This document shows positions 37,147 to 47,283 of a stretch of DNA of 64,000 nucleotides, piece by piece; position 1 is the stretch's first letter, and every line of letters begins with the position of its first letter. The stretch spans positions 4,311 to 68,310 of the forward strand of contig JAKAVC010000134.1 of NCBI GenBank assembly GCA_021817345.1, in the 5' to 3' direction. The position numbers were made by a program, and so were the translations under genes. The notes under the pieces are model-generated. The model did no database searches. It saw nothing but the letters and a program-made list of their open reading frames with translations, and was not told the origin of the DNA. The DNA is from Deltaproteobacteria bacterium (GTDB taxonomy: Bacteria > Desulfobacterota > Binatia > Binatales > Binataceae).

Positions 37147-39003
37147 CTACGGTGAACTGCCCAGTGGTTTGCGTTCCTGGTCCGAGCCATCGAGATAGTA
37201 GCGAGCGCCAAGGCGCGTGAAGCGGAGCGTGCTGATCGCCTCGACGCCCTGAAGCGTGAGCCGCGTCGTCATCACGACCGTCCGCGCCACGCCCGGCGCG
37301 CGCCTGCCCGTCTCCATCGCTTCCACAAGGGGACGGCCCGCCGCGTAAAGACCGCCCGGTCCGATATTGGGCATGAGCCCGAGCAGCTTCGTGACCGTCG
37401 GCGCTATATCGATGTTCCCGCTCGGATACGGATCGACAAAATGGGGGCGAAAGTCGGGACCGAGCGCCGCGCAGAAATTATGCACCTCGCGCGGGCCTAG
37501 CGCGCCGTGCATCCCCATCCCGGTCGTGAATCCGCGTGCGTCGGCGTAGATGACGCCTTCCACAGGATGCACCAGCGGCTCGGAGCGGTTCTTGACCGTA
37601 TGCTGCCCTTTCGCGCCGATTGAAAACGCGAGCCGTAGCGGCCCGGTAAGCTGGCGATTGTCAACGTCGGGCAGCTCGCGGAAGGAGATCACGAGATCGG
37701 GCGCGCGGTTGGGACTCAGTATTCCCGCCGACGCCTCGCTGAAAGTGCCGTCGATCCACCCCTGGTACGGCTTCACGCCGTGCACTCCGGGCTCGCCAAG
37801 GGCGGAGAGGTGCGAGAAGATAACGCCGCACCATTCCTGGGCCTCGGCGAAGTTGACGATTTTCTGCAGTTCCGCGCGACGCTCGGCCTGGGTCGGAAAA
37901 TCGTCGCGCGAAAGATAGACGAGATCGCTGCCGCCGTTTCGCGCGATCACGACGTCGTCACTTGAGACCGATTTCTTGATTCCCGCCGCCGCGAGCATTC
38001 CGTTCAGGTCGATTGTGAGGCGAATCGTCGCAAATCCATGGTCGGAGACGACGATCAGGTCGGTATGACTGTCCATCCCGGCCGCGTGGACAGCCGCGCG
38101 CAGCCGGCCGAGGTTGTTGTCGCAGTTTTTGAGCGCCGCGAGCGCGGCAGCCGTGCCCAGCCCCGCAATATGCTGGGTGATGTCGGGATTATGGAGCCAC
38201 AGCACGATCATCGCCGGACGTCCGGCGAGCACGGCGCTTCGCGCGGCGGCAATCGCGCGCTCGTCAACGATTTTCGTGAAATAATCGTCGCGCGCCGCGT
38301 AGAGAACCCCATCGCGGCGCCCCGCCGGCGGCATCGCGGCCTTGATTTCGTGTGCTATCGCTTGCGGCTCGATGATGCTGTCAGTGGCGAACAGGTAATC
38401 CGTGTGCGGCGCCATCAGTGAGTCGCGCCCGTTCTTCACCGAGGCGACTCGATTGTCCCATAGGAACGCCGGCCCCTGCTTGCCGACGACCGCCAGATAG
38501 CCGCCCTCGCGCGCGACCTCCTGCGCAACCGTGTCGAGCCCCAGCAGGCGACCCGCGAAACCCTTGGGCGCGTTCAGCCGCGCAAGCATCGGCGCGTCTT
38601 CCAGCCTGAGCGGACGACTCAGCAGTGCGCGCAAACGCGGTGCGGAGAGTATAGGCGCGTCCGCGCGCGCGAGCGCCGGCGCAAGATACATCGAGTCGCC
38701 CAATATCCCCGTCTGACCGGGCCTCGCGCCCGTGGCAAGGGCGGCCGCGTTCACCATCGTGACCGTCGGATAGAGCGCGTGGCTATGCGCGAAGTCCACG
38801 CCCTCGTGTTCCATCGCGTAAAGGTTCGGAGTTTCGGCCCGCGTGACGAAATCCGGCCGAAGCCCGTCCCATACCATCACGATTACGAGCCGGGCCGGCT
38901 GATTTTTCGCACCGATGGCGGCCGGGAGCGTCGCCGAAGCGAGAACCAGGATTGCGCTGAGCGCGCTGAGCAGAGCCGTTCGAAGTCTCATATCATCGGT
39001 CAC
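37147..39003 (-). CDS. secreted alkaline phosphatase superfamily protein (nucleotide pyrophosphatase/phosphodiesterase-like)
   Basis: Signal peptide. Motifs VIVMVWDGLRPDF and LIVVSDHGF are typical of the AP/NPP superfamily. Confidence 0.75.
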   Translation of the reverse strand: MTDDMRLRTALLSALSAILVLASATLPAAIGAKNQPARLVIVMVWDGLRPDFVTRAETPNLYAMEHEGVDFAHSHALYPTVTMVNAAALATGARPGQTGILGDSMYLAPALARADAPILSAPRLRALLSRPLRLEDAPMLARLNAPKGFAGRLLGLDTVAQEVAREGGYLAVVGKQGPAFLWDNRVASVKNGRDSLMAPHTDYLFATDSIIEPQAIAHEIKAAMPPAGRRDGVLYAARDDYFTKIVDERAIAAARSAVLAGRPAMIVLWLHNPDITQHIAGLGTAAALAALKNCDNNLGRLRAAVHAAGMDSHTDLIVVSDHGFATIRLTIDLNGMLAAAGIKKSVSSDDVVIARNGGSDLVYLSRDDFPTQAERRAELQKIVNFAEAQEWCGVIFSHLSALGEPGVHGVKPYQGWIDGTFSEASAGILSPNRAPDLVISFRELPDVDNRQLTGPLRLAFSIGAKGQHTVKNRSEPLVHPVEGVIYADARGFTTGMGMHGALGPREVHNFCAALGPDFRPHFVDPYPSGNIDIAPTVTKLLGLMPNIGPGGLYAAGRPLVEAMETGRRAPGVARTVVMTTRLTLQGVEAISTLRFTRLGARYYLDGSDQERKPLGSSP

Positions 39004-39136
39004 TTAATCGGTAGCGGCCGACGGATGCAATTCAAGCCGCGATCGAACAGCAAGCGGAGCGGGGCGAAGACCGCGATGCGGCCGTGCAAGCGCGGTCGCG
39101 ATTTGGTAGTTTCCGACCGACCGGGAGGAAGTTCGC

Positions 39137-40069
39137 TTGCGTATCGCATTGATAGGACAGGCGCTGTTTGCTCAAAAGGCTCTGGAGGCGCTGGTCGCGC
39201 ACGGCGAGGAAATCGTCCATGTGTTCGCTCCACCCGATCCGCCGTCGGGAAAGCCCGATCCGCTCAAGGCGAAGGCCGTGGAGCTCGGGCTGCCGCTAAG
39301 CCAGCCGCGCTCGTTCAAAAGCGATGCGGCCTACGAGCATTTCAAAGCCCTCAACGCGGATCTCGCCGTGATGGCGTTCGTTACGATAATCGTGCCCGAG
39401 AGGATTCTCTACGCGCCCAGACACAAGTCGATCTGCTTCCATCCGTCGATTTTGCCGCGCCATCGCGGCGCAAGCGCGATCAACTGGGCGATAATCCAGG
39501 GCGACTCTGAGACTGGCGTTACATGGTTCTGGCCCGACAAGGGTATCGACACCGGGCCGATCCTCGTACAGAGGCGGGTTCCGATCGGCGAGGAGGATAC
39601 GGTCGGCTCGCTTTACTTCAGCCGACTGTTCCCGCTCGGAATCGATTCGATGATCGAGGCGGTCGAACTGATAAAGCGCGGCGCCGCGCCCGCGATACAG
39701 CAGGACGAGCGCCTGGCGACCTATGAGCCGCCCTGTCGCGACGAGCATGCGGGAGTGGACTTCCGCATGTCCGCGCGCGAGGTTCACAACCTGATCCGAG
39801 GATGCGATCCGCAACCGGGTGCGTTCGCGGAACTCGCGGGACGGCGGCTCAGGATGTACGAGCCGCGGCTCGAAGCGTCCGCGCCGGGCGGCGAGCCCGG
39901 CACGATTCTCTCGATCGACAAGGACGGGATGCGCGTCGCGACGGCGGACGCGTCGATACTGATTCGGCGGGTGCGGCTTGAGCCGGACGGGAAAAAGGCC
40001 GACCCGGCGGAGCTTGCCGCCTCGGGAGTGCTCGGCGCCGGGATGAAGTTGAGCAAGCCGGGTGCCTGA
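39137..40069 (+). CDS. formyltransferase family protein (Fmt-like, with C-terminal domain)
   Basis: SILPRHRGASAINWAI formyltransferase motif. 310 aa. Diverges from canonical Fmt. Confidence 0.65.
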   Translation: MRIALIGQALFAQKALEALVAHGEEIVHVFAPPDPPSGKPDPLKAKAVELGLPLSQPRSFKSDAAYEHFKALNADLAVMAFVTIIVPERILYAPRHKSICFHPSILPRHRGASAINWAIIQGDSETGVTWFWPDKGIDTGPILVQRRVPIGEEDTVGSLYFSRLFPLGIDSMIEAVELIKRGAAPAIQQDERLATYEPPCRDEHAGVDFRMSAREVHNLIRGCDPQPGAFAELAGRRLRMYEPRLEASAPGGEPGTILSIDKDGMRVATADASILIRRVRLEPDGKKADPAELAASGVLGAGMKLSKPGA

Positions 40070-40184
40070 CGCCCGCGCGCGGAGTTGGCGCCGCGCTCTG
40101 GCCCCGTATCGGCGGCTCGGATACCCTTTTGAGGCAGGGGAGCGGCCCGAGCGGCTTTGACCGCGTCGGCGTTGCGCTCGGGAT

Positions 40185-41225
40185 TTGGGCGAGCGGGAGG
40201 TCAGGGTCGTGAGGCTTTGCGTCGGAACTTCCAAGGGAATCGTCATCCTCGATCCCGCGCGCCCGAGCGTGCCCCGGATGGTGCTGGCCGACCCGTCGCC
40301 GGTATGGTGCCTGGCCCAGGACTGCCGCGACCCGAACCTGCTCTACGCTGGCTCCAACGCGATCGAGCACGGTCGCGGTGCGCTCTCGCGCTCGGACGAC
40401 GGAGGGCGGAGCTGGGTCGAGATCACGCCGCCGGCCGCGCGCGAAGAGGAAGTATGGGCGCTCGCGGCCTCGCCAACCGTGCCGGGGCGGATTTTTTTCG
40501 GCACTTCGCACGCGAGGCTGTTTCGCAGCGACGACGGCGGGCGGACGTTTCACGAGATGGCCGCGTTTCTCAAGATTCCGGGACGCGAGCGATGGACCTT
40601 TCCATCGTCGCCGCATATCCCTCACGTGCGCTCGATAGCGTTCGACCCTCACGCGCCCAACACGATTTACATGGGCGTCGAGGAGGGCGGAATCTATCGT
40701 TCGCGCGACCTTGGCGAGTCGTTCGAGGCGTTGAATGACGGCCTCTACGAGGATGTTCACACGGTCGCAATCGATCGCAAGGATCCGCGGCGGCTTTACG
40801 CGACAACCGGCGCGGGATTCCATCTCTCGGAAGACGGCGGCCAGTCGTGGCGCCGCATCAAGGAGGGCCTCGACCGCACCTACACGGTCCCGATGGTAAT
40901 CGTTGAGGAAGGCGGCGAATTCGTGCTCTACACCGCGGCCGCCGCAGGCCCGCCGCCGAGCTGGCAGGTCGCGGCGCGCGGCGCGGACTCGGCGCTCTAT
41001 CGCAGCGTCGACGGCGGGCGCTCGTTCGAGCTGCTCGAACGGCGGTTCGCGCCCGAGCGTGGGATGCCGATGCGGTTTCGCGAGAGACCGGGTGCGCCGG
41101 GAGAATTTTTCGGCGTATCGACGACCGGAACCGTCTTCCGATACGGAGCCAGCGGAAACGGATACGCCTCACATCCGCTTGTCGAAAAGCTCCCGCCAGC
41201 CTACGACCTGACCATCCTTCCCTGA
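40185..41225 (+). CDS. BNR/Asp-box repeat protein (sialidase-like beta-propeller)
   Basis: Five SxDxGxxW/F Asp-box repeats (SDDGGRSW, SDDGGRTF, SRDLGESF, SEDGGQSW, SVDGGRSF). Confidence 0.6.
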   Translation: MGEREVRVVRLCVGTSKGIVILDPARPSVPRMVLADPSPVWCLAQDCRDPNLLYAGSNAIEHGRGALSRSDDGGRSWVEITPPAAREEEVWALAASPTVPGRIFFGTSHARLFRSDDGGRTFHEMAAFLKIPGRERWTFPSSPHIPHVRSIAFDPHAPNTIYMGVEEGGIYRSRDLGESFEALNDGLYEDVHTVAIDRKDPRRLYATTGAGFHLSEDGGQSWRRIKEGLDRTYTVPMVIVEEGGEFVLYTAAAAGPPPSWQVAARGADSALYRSVDGGRSFELLERRFAPERGMPMRFRERPGAPGEFFGVSTTGTVFRYGASGNGYASHPLVEKLPPAYDLTILP

Positions 41226-41351
41226 GATAGTCGGCCAGGAATTCCGCTGCACGGGCCTGAGGGGAAAGGCGCGCTGCCACGCTCGGGGACCCCGCGCGAG
41301 TCCGAGGATTAGCGTTCGGGGGAATCCCGATGCGGCTATCCGCAGCCGTGT

Positions 41352-41591
41352 CTACTCGTCGTCCGGCTGCGAGTTCTCATCCGAGGCGTCTGAATCCTGC
41401 TCCTCAGCTCTTTTGCCGCGTATCTCCCGGACCACGAACGCGCCACCGAGAAAGACGAACAACACGCCTACCGGGAAAAGCACGCCTGCCAGGATCGGAC
41501 GCTCATAAATTATCTCAAGGCCCCACCAGATGAGCCCGATGCCCAGAGCAAGAAAGAAGAGAACCTGACCGATGCGCATCCGAGCCACCAT
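41352..41591 (-). CDS. small membrane protein with acidic C-terminus
   Basis: Two transmembrane helices (VLFFLALGIGLIWWGL and GVLFPVGVLFVFLGGAFVV). Start chosen to avoid overlapping the divergent radical-SAM gene. The ORF track extends to 41744. Confidence 0.4.
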   Translation of the reverse strand: MVARMRIGQVLFFLALGIGLIWWGLEIIYERPILAGVLFPVGVLFVFLGGAFVVREIRGKRAEEQDSDASDENSQPDDE

Positions 41592-41649
41592 AGACCTAAC
41601 ACAGTCGTCTGTCATCCATAAACCAACGTACGCCCTTGACGAAGAGCGA

Positions 41650-42678
41650 ATGAAAAGCGAAACTGAACCCTTCAGGGGAAGGCTCATGGCCGAAGTCGGG
41701 ATGGAATTGCCGCTGGTCAGCGAAACTTCGACAGGCCTGGACACGCGGGGAGACGTCGAGTTCCACGAGATGCCCGTCCGCAGGATTCTGAACCGATGCG
41801 CGAGTCCGCGGATGCCGTTTCAATGGACGATCAATCCGTATCGCGGATGCGAATTCGGATGCGTGTACTGTTACGCCCGTTATACGCACGAGTTCCTCGA
41901 ACTGCGCGACCCGCTCGACTTCGAACGGCGAATCTTCGTGAAGCGGATGGCAGCCGCGGCGCTTTCGCGCGAGCTCTCGCGCACGCCGGTTGGCGACGAC
42001 GCGATCGCTATCGGCACCGCGACCGATCCCTATCAACCCGCCGAGCGCAGGTTCGAGCTGACGCGCTCGATGCTCAAGGTTCTCGCCGAACTGTCCGGGC
42101 TTAGGATCTCAATCACGACCAAGTCCGCGCTTATCACCCGTGACCTCGACGTTCTCCGCGCGCTCAACCGCCGGTCGAATATCGCGGTCAATTTTTCGCT
42201 GATTACGCTCGACCGCAGGCTCCAGCGCGTGCTCGAACCGCGCGCGACGCGTCCGGAACTCAGGCTTAGGGCGCTCGCAGAACTGGCGGGCGCGGGAATC
42301 CGATGCAACGTTCTGGTGATGCCGGTTATTCCAGGGCTGAGCGACGCTCCATGCTCGGTCGAGGCGGTGACACGCGCGGCGAAGGCGGCGGGCGCGAGCA
42401 ACCTGTGGTGGAGAGCGCTCTTTCTGCGGCCGGCGGCCGCGCGCCGCTTCATCCCCTTCATCCGCGCGCGCTTTCCGAAGCTGGCATCGAGGATCGACGC
42501 CTTCTATGGGCGCAATGCGTACCCGCCGAGGACTTACGACGAGCATCTCGAAGCGCTCTTCACACGGCTTAAGGCGAAATACGGTTTCGATTTCTCGCGC
42601 GAACGATTCGCGACGCCGCACGCGCAAGCGATACGGTCCGCCGCACAGCCAGGCCTGTTCGATCACGCCCGCGGGTGA
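41650..42678 (+). CDS. radical SAM protein (SplB/DNA-photolyase-like)
   Basis: CEFGCVYCY radical SAM cluster motif. Start uncertain; candidates at 41572, 41650 and 41770. Confidence 0.7.
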   Translation: MKSETEPFRGRLMAEVGMELPLVSETSTGLDTRGDVEFHEMPVRRILNRCASPRMPFQWTINPYRGCEFGCVYCYARYTHEFLELRDPLDFERRIFVKRMAAAALSRELSRTPVGDDAIAIGTATDPYQPAERRFELTRSMLKVLAELSGLRISITTKSALITRDLDVLRALNRRSNIAVNFSLITLDRRLQRVLEPRATRPELRLRALAELAGAGIRCNVLVMPVIPGLSDAPCSVEAVTRAAKAAGASNLWWRALFLRPAAARRFIPFIRARFPKLASRIDAFYGRNAYPPRTYDEHLEALFTRLKAKYGFDFSRERFATPHAQAIRSAAQPGLFDHARG

Positions 42679-42797
42679 AACCGTGTCCGATGCGGGGGCG
42701 CTCATCCGCAAGCGCGGAATCGCGCGGAGCGGGCGCAAGCCTGCGCTCGGTTCAGACCGGCGCAATTCCGAGACGACGAACGACTTGATCTTGAATG

Positions 42798-42884
42798 TGG
42801 TGCGCGGGGCGGGACTTGAACCCGCACGGCATCGCTGCCACCAGCCCCTCAAACTGGCGTGTCTGCCTGTTCCACCACCCGCGC
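42798..42884 (-). tRNA. tRNA-Leu (anticodon GAG)
   Basis: Hand-folded cloverleaf: acceptor GCGCGGG, D-arm, anticodon stem CCAGT/GCTGG with loop TTGAGGG, long variable arm, T-arm GGGTTCAAGTCCC and 3' CCA. About 90% similar to E. coli tRNA-Leu. Confidence 0.85.
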
Positions 42885-42932
42885 ACTCGGAGAAAAGAGG
42901 GTATGCGGTTCGCGCCGGTCGCTCGCTCCGTC

Positions 42933-43289
42933 CTACTTGCTGGCTGGAGCCGATGACGGGGCCGAATGCGGCGCCGGAGCGGGAAGGGCCGCTTTCGCTT
43001 TCGGGACGGCCTGAGCCGGCATCACGCTGTGCGTCCCGCTTCCGAAGACGCTTCCGGTCGCCCGCCGGGTTGAGGCGTATGCGAGATACATCGAGGTGGC
43101 GAAAAACACCACCGCTAGTCCGCTCGTGATCCGGGTGAGCACGTTACCCGCGCCGCTTGCGCCAAACACCGTCTGGCTCGAACCTCCGAACACGGCGCCG
43201 ATCTCCGCGCCCTTGCCTTGCTGGAGGAGGATCACCACCACCAGCGAAACGCATACGATTACGTGAATCGTCAGAACGACCGTGATCAC
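42933..43289 (-). CDS. secG: preprotein translocase subunit SecG
   Basis: N-terminal LLQQGKGAEIGAVFGG motif. Confidence 0.85.
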   Translation of the reverse strand: MITVVLTIHVIVCVSLVVVILLQQGKGAEIGAVFGGSSQTVFGASGAGNVLTRITSGLAVVFFATSMYLAYASTRRATGSVFGSGTHSVMPAQAVPKAKAALPAPAPHSAPSSAPASK

Positions 43290-43302
43290 TAAAGTTTCCG
43301 CC

Positions 43303-44076
43303 TCAACCGACGCGCGCCCTTACTATACGCGCGAAGGAGTCAGCCCTTAAGCTTGCCCCGCCGACCAGAGCGCCGTCAATATCAGGCCTGGAGACGAGCG
43401 AGTCAACGTTTTCGGGCGTGACGCTTCCGCCATAGATGATTCGGGCCTTGACTGCGGCCTCCCGGCCCCATCGCTGCTCGATAATTTCGCGCACCGCGCC
43501 GTGAATCGTTCCCGCCTGCTCGGGCGTGGCGTTCTTGCCCGTGCCGATGGCCCATACCGGCTCGTAGGCGACCACGACCCGCTCGATGTCCTCGCTGCTT
43601 ACGCCATCGAGCCCGTTTTCGAGCTGCTTGACCACCACTTCGAGCGCGTTGCCCGCGTCGTGCTGCATCAGGGTTTCGCCCACGCACAGAATCGGGACGA
43701 GGCGATGGCGCAGGGCGGCGAGCACTTTCTTGTTTATGGCTTCGTCGGTCTCGCCGAAGATGTGGCGTCGCTCGGAGTGCCCCAGGATTACGTGCGTCAC
43801 GCCGAACGGCTTCAACATCGGAGCCGATATTTCACCAGTGAAGGCGCCCTTGTCCTCGAAGTGCATGTTCTGCGCGCCGAGCAGGAGCGACGAGCCGGCG
43901 AGCGCCTGCGAAACTGCGGGAATCAGTACCGCCGGCGGCGCGATCAGGACCTCGCGATCCTTCGCCAGGGTCGAAGACTCGGGATCGAGTTCGGCGCGAA
44001 GCGCCGCGAGCATCGCGCGCGCCTCGTTCGCGGTGAAGTTCATCTTCCAGTTTGCCGCGACAAGCTTGCTACGCAT
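43303..44076 (-). CDS. tpiA: triose-phosphate isomerase
   Basis: VAANWKMN and AYEPVWAIGTG motifs. Confidence 0.93.
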   Translation of the reverse strand: MRSKLVAANWKMNFTANEARAMLAALRAELDPESSTLAKDREVLIAPPAVLIPAVSQALAGSSLLLGAQNMHFEDKGAFTGEISAPMLKPFGVTHVILGHSERRHIFGETDEAINKKVLAALRHRLVPILCVGETLMQHDAGNALEVVVKQLENGLDGVSSEDIERVVVAYEPVWAIGTGKNATPEQAGTIHGAVREIIEQRWGREAAVKARIIYGGSVTPENVDSLVSRPDIDGALVGGASLRADSFARIVRARVG

Positions 44077-44139
44077 GGGAAATCTTCCGGACCGGCTGCG
44101 GTTCGGCGCGCGCCGCGACGCATCGGCCGCGCAGGTACC

Positions 44140-45315
44140 CTAGTAATCGAGCGCTTTCACGCCGGGAAGCTCGCGCCCCTCAAGATATTCGAGCGTGGCG
44201 CCGCCGCCGGTCGAGATATGGGTGAAACCCCTCGACCACGGCTGATGGGCGACCGCGGCGGCCGTGTCTCCGCCGCCGATTACGCTTTTGACGCCGCTCA
44301 GGCCGGCAAGCGCTTCACCGACCTTGAGCGTGCCCTTCGCGAACGCCTCGTTCTCGAAAACTCCGAGCGGGCCATTCCAGACCACGGTTTTGGCCCCGGC
44401 CAGGCGCGCGATAAAGTCGTCGGCGGTCCTGGGCCCGATGTCGAGACCCATCATCCCGGCCGGAATCTCGGAGACCACGGTTGCGGTCTCCGGCTTGTCG
44501 AGAGCTTCCGCGACGACGTGATCGACGGGCAGCACGAAATCCACGCCCTGCTTCTTCGCCGCCTCAAGCAGCTCGTTCGCAAGCCCGAGCTTGTCCTCTT
44601 CGACCCGCGAGCGCCCTACCGGCGTGCCGCGCGCTTTCAGAAACGTGTAGGCCATCGCGCCGCCGATAAGGAATCTGTCGAGCTTGGGCAGCAGATGCCT
44701 GATCACGCCGATTTTGTCCGAGACCTTGGCCCCACCGAGGATCGCGACCGCCGGACGCGGCGGATCGTTGACCACGGAACTCAGGGCCTCGATCTCGCGC
44801 ATCATCAGGAAGCCCGCCGCGCGCTCGCTGAAGAACTGCGCCACGCCGGCGGTCGAGGCGTGTGCGCGATGGGCCGCGCCGAAAGCGTCGTTGACGTAGA
44901 CGTCCTTGCCGCGCGCGAGTTCGTGGGCGAAGTCGCGGTTGTTGGCCTCTTCTTCGGCATGAAAACGCAGGTTCTCGAGCAGCAGCGCCTCGCCGGGCTT
45001 GAGCGCCGAGACCATCCTGCCGGTCACGTCGCCGATACAATCGGGCGCAAGCGGCACCTTTATTCCAAGCTCGGCGCTCAACCGCTCGGCCACAGGCTTA
45101 AGGCTGAATTCCGGAGTGCGCTCCTTGGGACGGCCGAGATGCGAGCACATCACCGCCGACCCGCCCTCCTTGAGGACGTAACGGATGGTCTCAAGGGTGG
45201 CCTCGATGCGGGTTGGGTCGGCGATGCGGCCGTCGTGGATCGGCACGTTGAAATCGCATCGAACGAGCACCCGTTTGCCCGCCAGCTTCAGGCTCGTAAT
45301 GGGTCGAATTGGCAT
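44140..45315 (-). CDS. pgk: phosphoglycerate kinase
   Basis: RCDFNVP N-terminus and the PGK hinge and C-domain motifs. Confidence 0.93.
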   Translation of the reverse strand: MPIRPITSLKLAGKRVLVRCDFNVPIHDGRIADPTRIEATLETIRYVLKEGGSAVMCSHLGRPKERTPEFSLKPVAERLSAELGIKVPLAPDCIGDVTGRMVSALKPGEALLLENLRFHAEEEANNRDFAHELARGKDVYVNDAFGAAHRAHASTAGVAQFFSERAAGFLMMREIEALSSVVNDPPRPAVAILGGAKVSDKIGVIRHLLPKLDRFLIGGAMAYTFLKARGTPVGRSRVEEDKLGLANELLEAAKKQGVDFVLPVDHVVAEALDKPETATVVSEIPAGMMGLDIGPRTADDFIARLAGAKTVVWNGPLGVFENEAFAKGTLKVGEALAGLSGVKSVIGGGDTAAAVAHQPWSRGFTHISTGGGATLEYLEGRELPGVKALDY

Positions 45316-45334
45316 GACTGTTTACCGCCGATAA

Positions 45335-46339
45335 TCAGAGTCGTGCCGCCACGTGAGCGGTGACGTCGACAAGGCGGCACGAGTAACCCCATTCGTTGTC
45401 GTACCACGAAAATATTTTGACCAGCCGCTTGCCCATCACCTTAGTAAGCGGCGCGTCGAAGATCGACGAGTGCGGATTTCCGTTGAAGTCGATCGAAACC
45501 AGCGGGTCCTCGCAATAGGCGAGGATTCCCTTCAGTTCGCCCTCGGCAGCCTTCTTCATCGCGGCGTTGACCGCCTTTTCGTCGGCGTCACGCTCCACGA
45601 TTGCGGCCAGATCGACCAGCGAGACGTTGGCGGTTGGAACCCTCACCGCGACGCCGTCGAGCTTGCCCTTGAGCGCCGGCAGGACCAGCCCTATCGCGCG
45701 CGCCGCTCCGGTCGACGTCGGCACCATCGAGAGCCCCGCCGCACGGGCGCGCCTCAGATCGCGATGCGGTCCGTCCTGGAGATTCTGATCGGCCGTATAG
45801 GCGTGCACCGTCGTCATCAGGCCGTGCACGATCCCGAAGTTCTCGTGCAGCACCTTCGCAACCGGGGCCAGGCAATTGGTGGTGCAGGAAGCGTTGGAGA
45901 TGATGTGATGCCTGGCCGGGTCGTAGGCTTCGGGATTGACGCCCATGCAGACGGTCGCGTCCACGCCTTCACCAGGCGCGCTGATCACGACCTTTTTTGC
46001 ACCGGCGGCGAGATGGGCCGAGGCTTTTTCCTTCGAAGTGAAAAGCCCCGAAGACTCGACCACGACCTGAACGCCGAGGGATTTCCACGGAAGCTTCGAC
46101 GGATCGCGCTCGGCAAGCACTTTGACCGGCTTGCCGTCGATGAGGATCGTGTCGCCCTCGGCTCTCACGTCATGAGCGAGCGTTCCGTGGACCGAGTCGT
46201 ACTTGAGCAGATGGCCAAGCGTGTGCGCGTCGGTAATGTCGTTGACGGCGACGGTTTCGAGGTCTTTTCGCGTCAGTGCGGCGCGCAGAAAGAGCCTGCC
46301 GATTCGTCCAAATCCATTAATGGCGATCTTGGTAGCCAC
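45335..46339 (-). CDS. gap: type I glyceraldehyde-3-phosphate dehydrogenase
   Basis: INGFGRIGR and ASCTTNCLAP motifs. GTG at 46339 is preceded by GGGAGGA. The ORF track extends to 46393. Confidence 0.92.
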   Translation of the reverse strand: MATKIAINGFGRIGRLFLRAALTRKDLETVAVNDITDAHTLGHLLKYDSVHGTLAHDVRAEGDTILIDGKPVKVLAERDPSKLPWKSLGVQVVVESSGLFTSKEKASAHLAAGAKKVVISAPGEGVDATVCMGVNPEAYDPARHHIISNASCTTNCLAPVAKVLHENFGIVHGLMTTVHAYTADQNLQDGPHRDLRRARAAGLSMVPTSTGAARAIGLVLPALKGKLDGVAVRVPTANVSLVDLAAIVERDADEKAVNAAMKKAAEGELKGILAYCEDPLVSIDFNGNPHSSIFDAPLTKVMGKRLVKIFSWYDNEWGYSCRLVDVTAHVAARL

Positions 46340-46546
46340 GGCGTGAATCCTCCCGGGATGCCTCTTGCGGCGCCTGCCTTGTAATCGCCGCAAGTTAGAC
46401 GTTGGGTTTTACTGTTGCAAGAGCGTAAAAGCATAAAACGGGCCAAATTCAGGCAATTCCCGGCCGGAAAAGGCTCTTCGCCGACGCACATATTTTTCAC
46501 CGGCAAAAAAAGCGTAAAATGTCGAACTGCAAAGGAAGATGGTCTT

Positions 46547-47263
46547 ATGATCCCTTCTGCGACGGCTGGCGCCGGCGGTTTGAGCGTCGTCGATCTGCTC
46601 CTCGGAACGGGGCCGGTTGTTCAGGTAGTTATCTGGACACTTGTTGCGTTTTCGGTCGGGAGCTGGGGAATAATCCTCTACAAGCTGGTTCAGACTTCGC
46701 GCGCGCGCCGGGAATCCGAACGTTTCATTTCCATATTTTGGGAATCGCGCAACCTCGCCACTATCCACAACGCCAGTGTCGGCCTGGTCCGAAGCCCGAT
46801 CGCGCAGGTGTTCCGCGCCGGCTACCAGGAAGTGCTGCAGCTTACCCGCGCCAAGCGCCAGGCGGTCGGCGCCGAGAACGCCTTTTCGGCCGACTTCGGC
46901 GGCGCGGCTAACGTGATGCGCGCGATGAAGAAGCAGGGCAATGTCGAGTTGACCAAGCTCGAATATGGGATCACGTTCCTCGCAACTACCGGCTCGACTT
47001 GCCCGTTTGTGGGTCTTTTCGGAACAGTGTGGGGAATAATGACGGCCTTTTTGGGCCTGTCGGCAGCTCACTCGTCCAATATCCAGGCGGTCGCCCCCGG
47101 TATCGCCGAAGCGCTTATCACCACCGCGATCGGACTGGTCGCCGCGATTCCCGCGCAGGTTTTCTACAACTACCTGACCGCGCGGGTTCACGTGCTCGCC
47201 ACCGAGATCGACAACTTTACCGCCGAGTTCCTTAATATCGCCGAGCGTCATTTCCTTTCCTGA
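46547..47263 (+). CDS. tolQ: Tol-Pal system protein TolQ (MotA/TolQ/ExbB proton channel)
   Basis: Three-transmembrane MotA/TolQ/ExbB topology. ATG at 46547 is preceded by AAGGAAG. Confidence 0.85.
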   Translation: MIPSATAGAGGLSVVDLLLGTGPVVQVVIWTLVAFSVGSWGIILYKLVQTSRARRESERFISIFWESRNLATIHNASVGLVRSPIAQVFRAGYQEVLQLTRAKRQAVGAENAFSADFGGAANVMRAMKKQGNVELTKLEYGITFLATTGSTCPFVGLFGTVWGIMTAFLGLSAAHSSNIQAVAPGIAEALITTAIGLVAAIPAQVFYNYLTARVHVLATEIDNFTAEFLNIAERHFLS

Positions 47264-47283
47264 GGATCATCGGAGACTCAATC

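Noticed and set aside
42109-42852. 247-aa minus-strand ORF covering the tRNA-Leu and the radical-SAM gene
   Set aside because: Overlaps both a confidently folded tRNA and the radical-SAM CDS. Its Arg-rich translation is typical of spurious GC-rich ORFs.
43501-45363. 620-aa plus-strand ORF antisense to tpiA and pgk
   Set aside because: The glycolytic genes on the minus strand are unambiguous; this is an antisense artefact.
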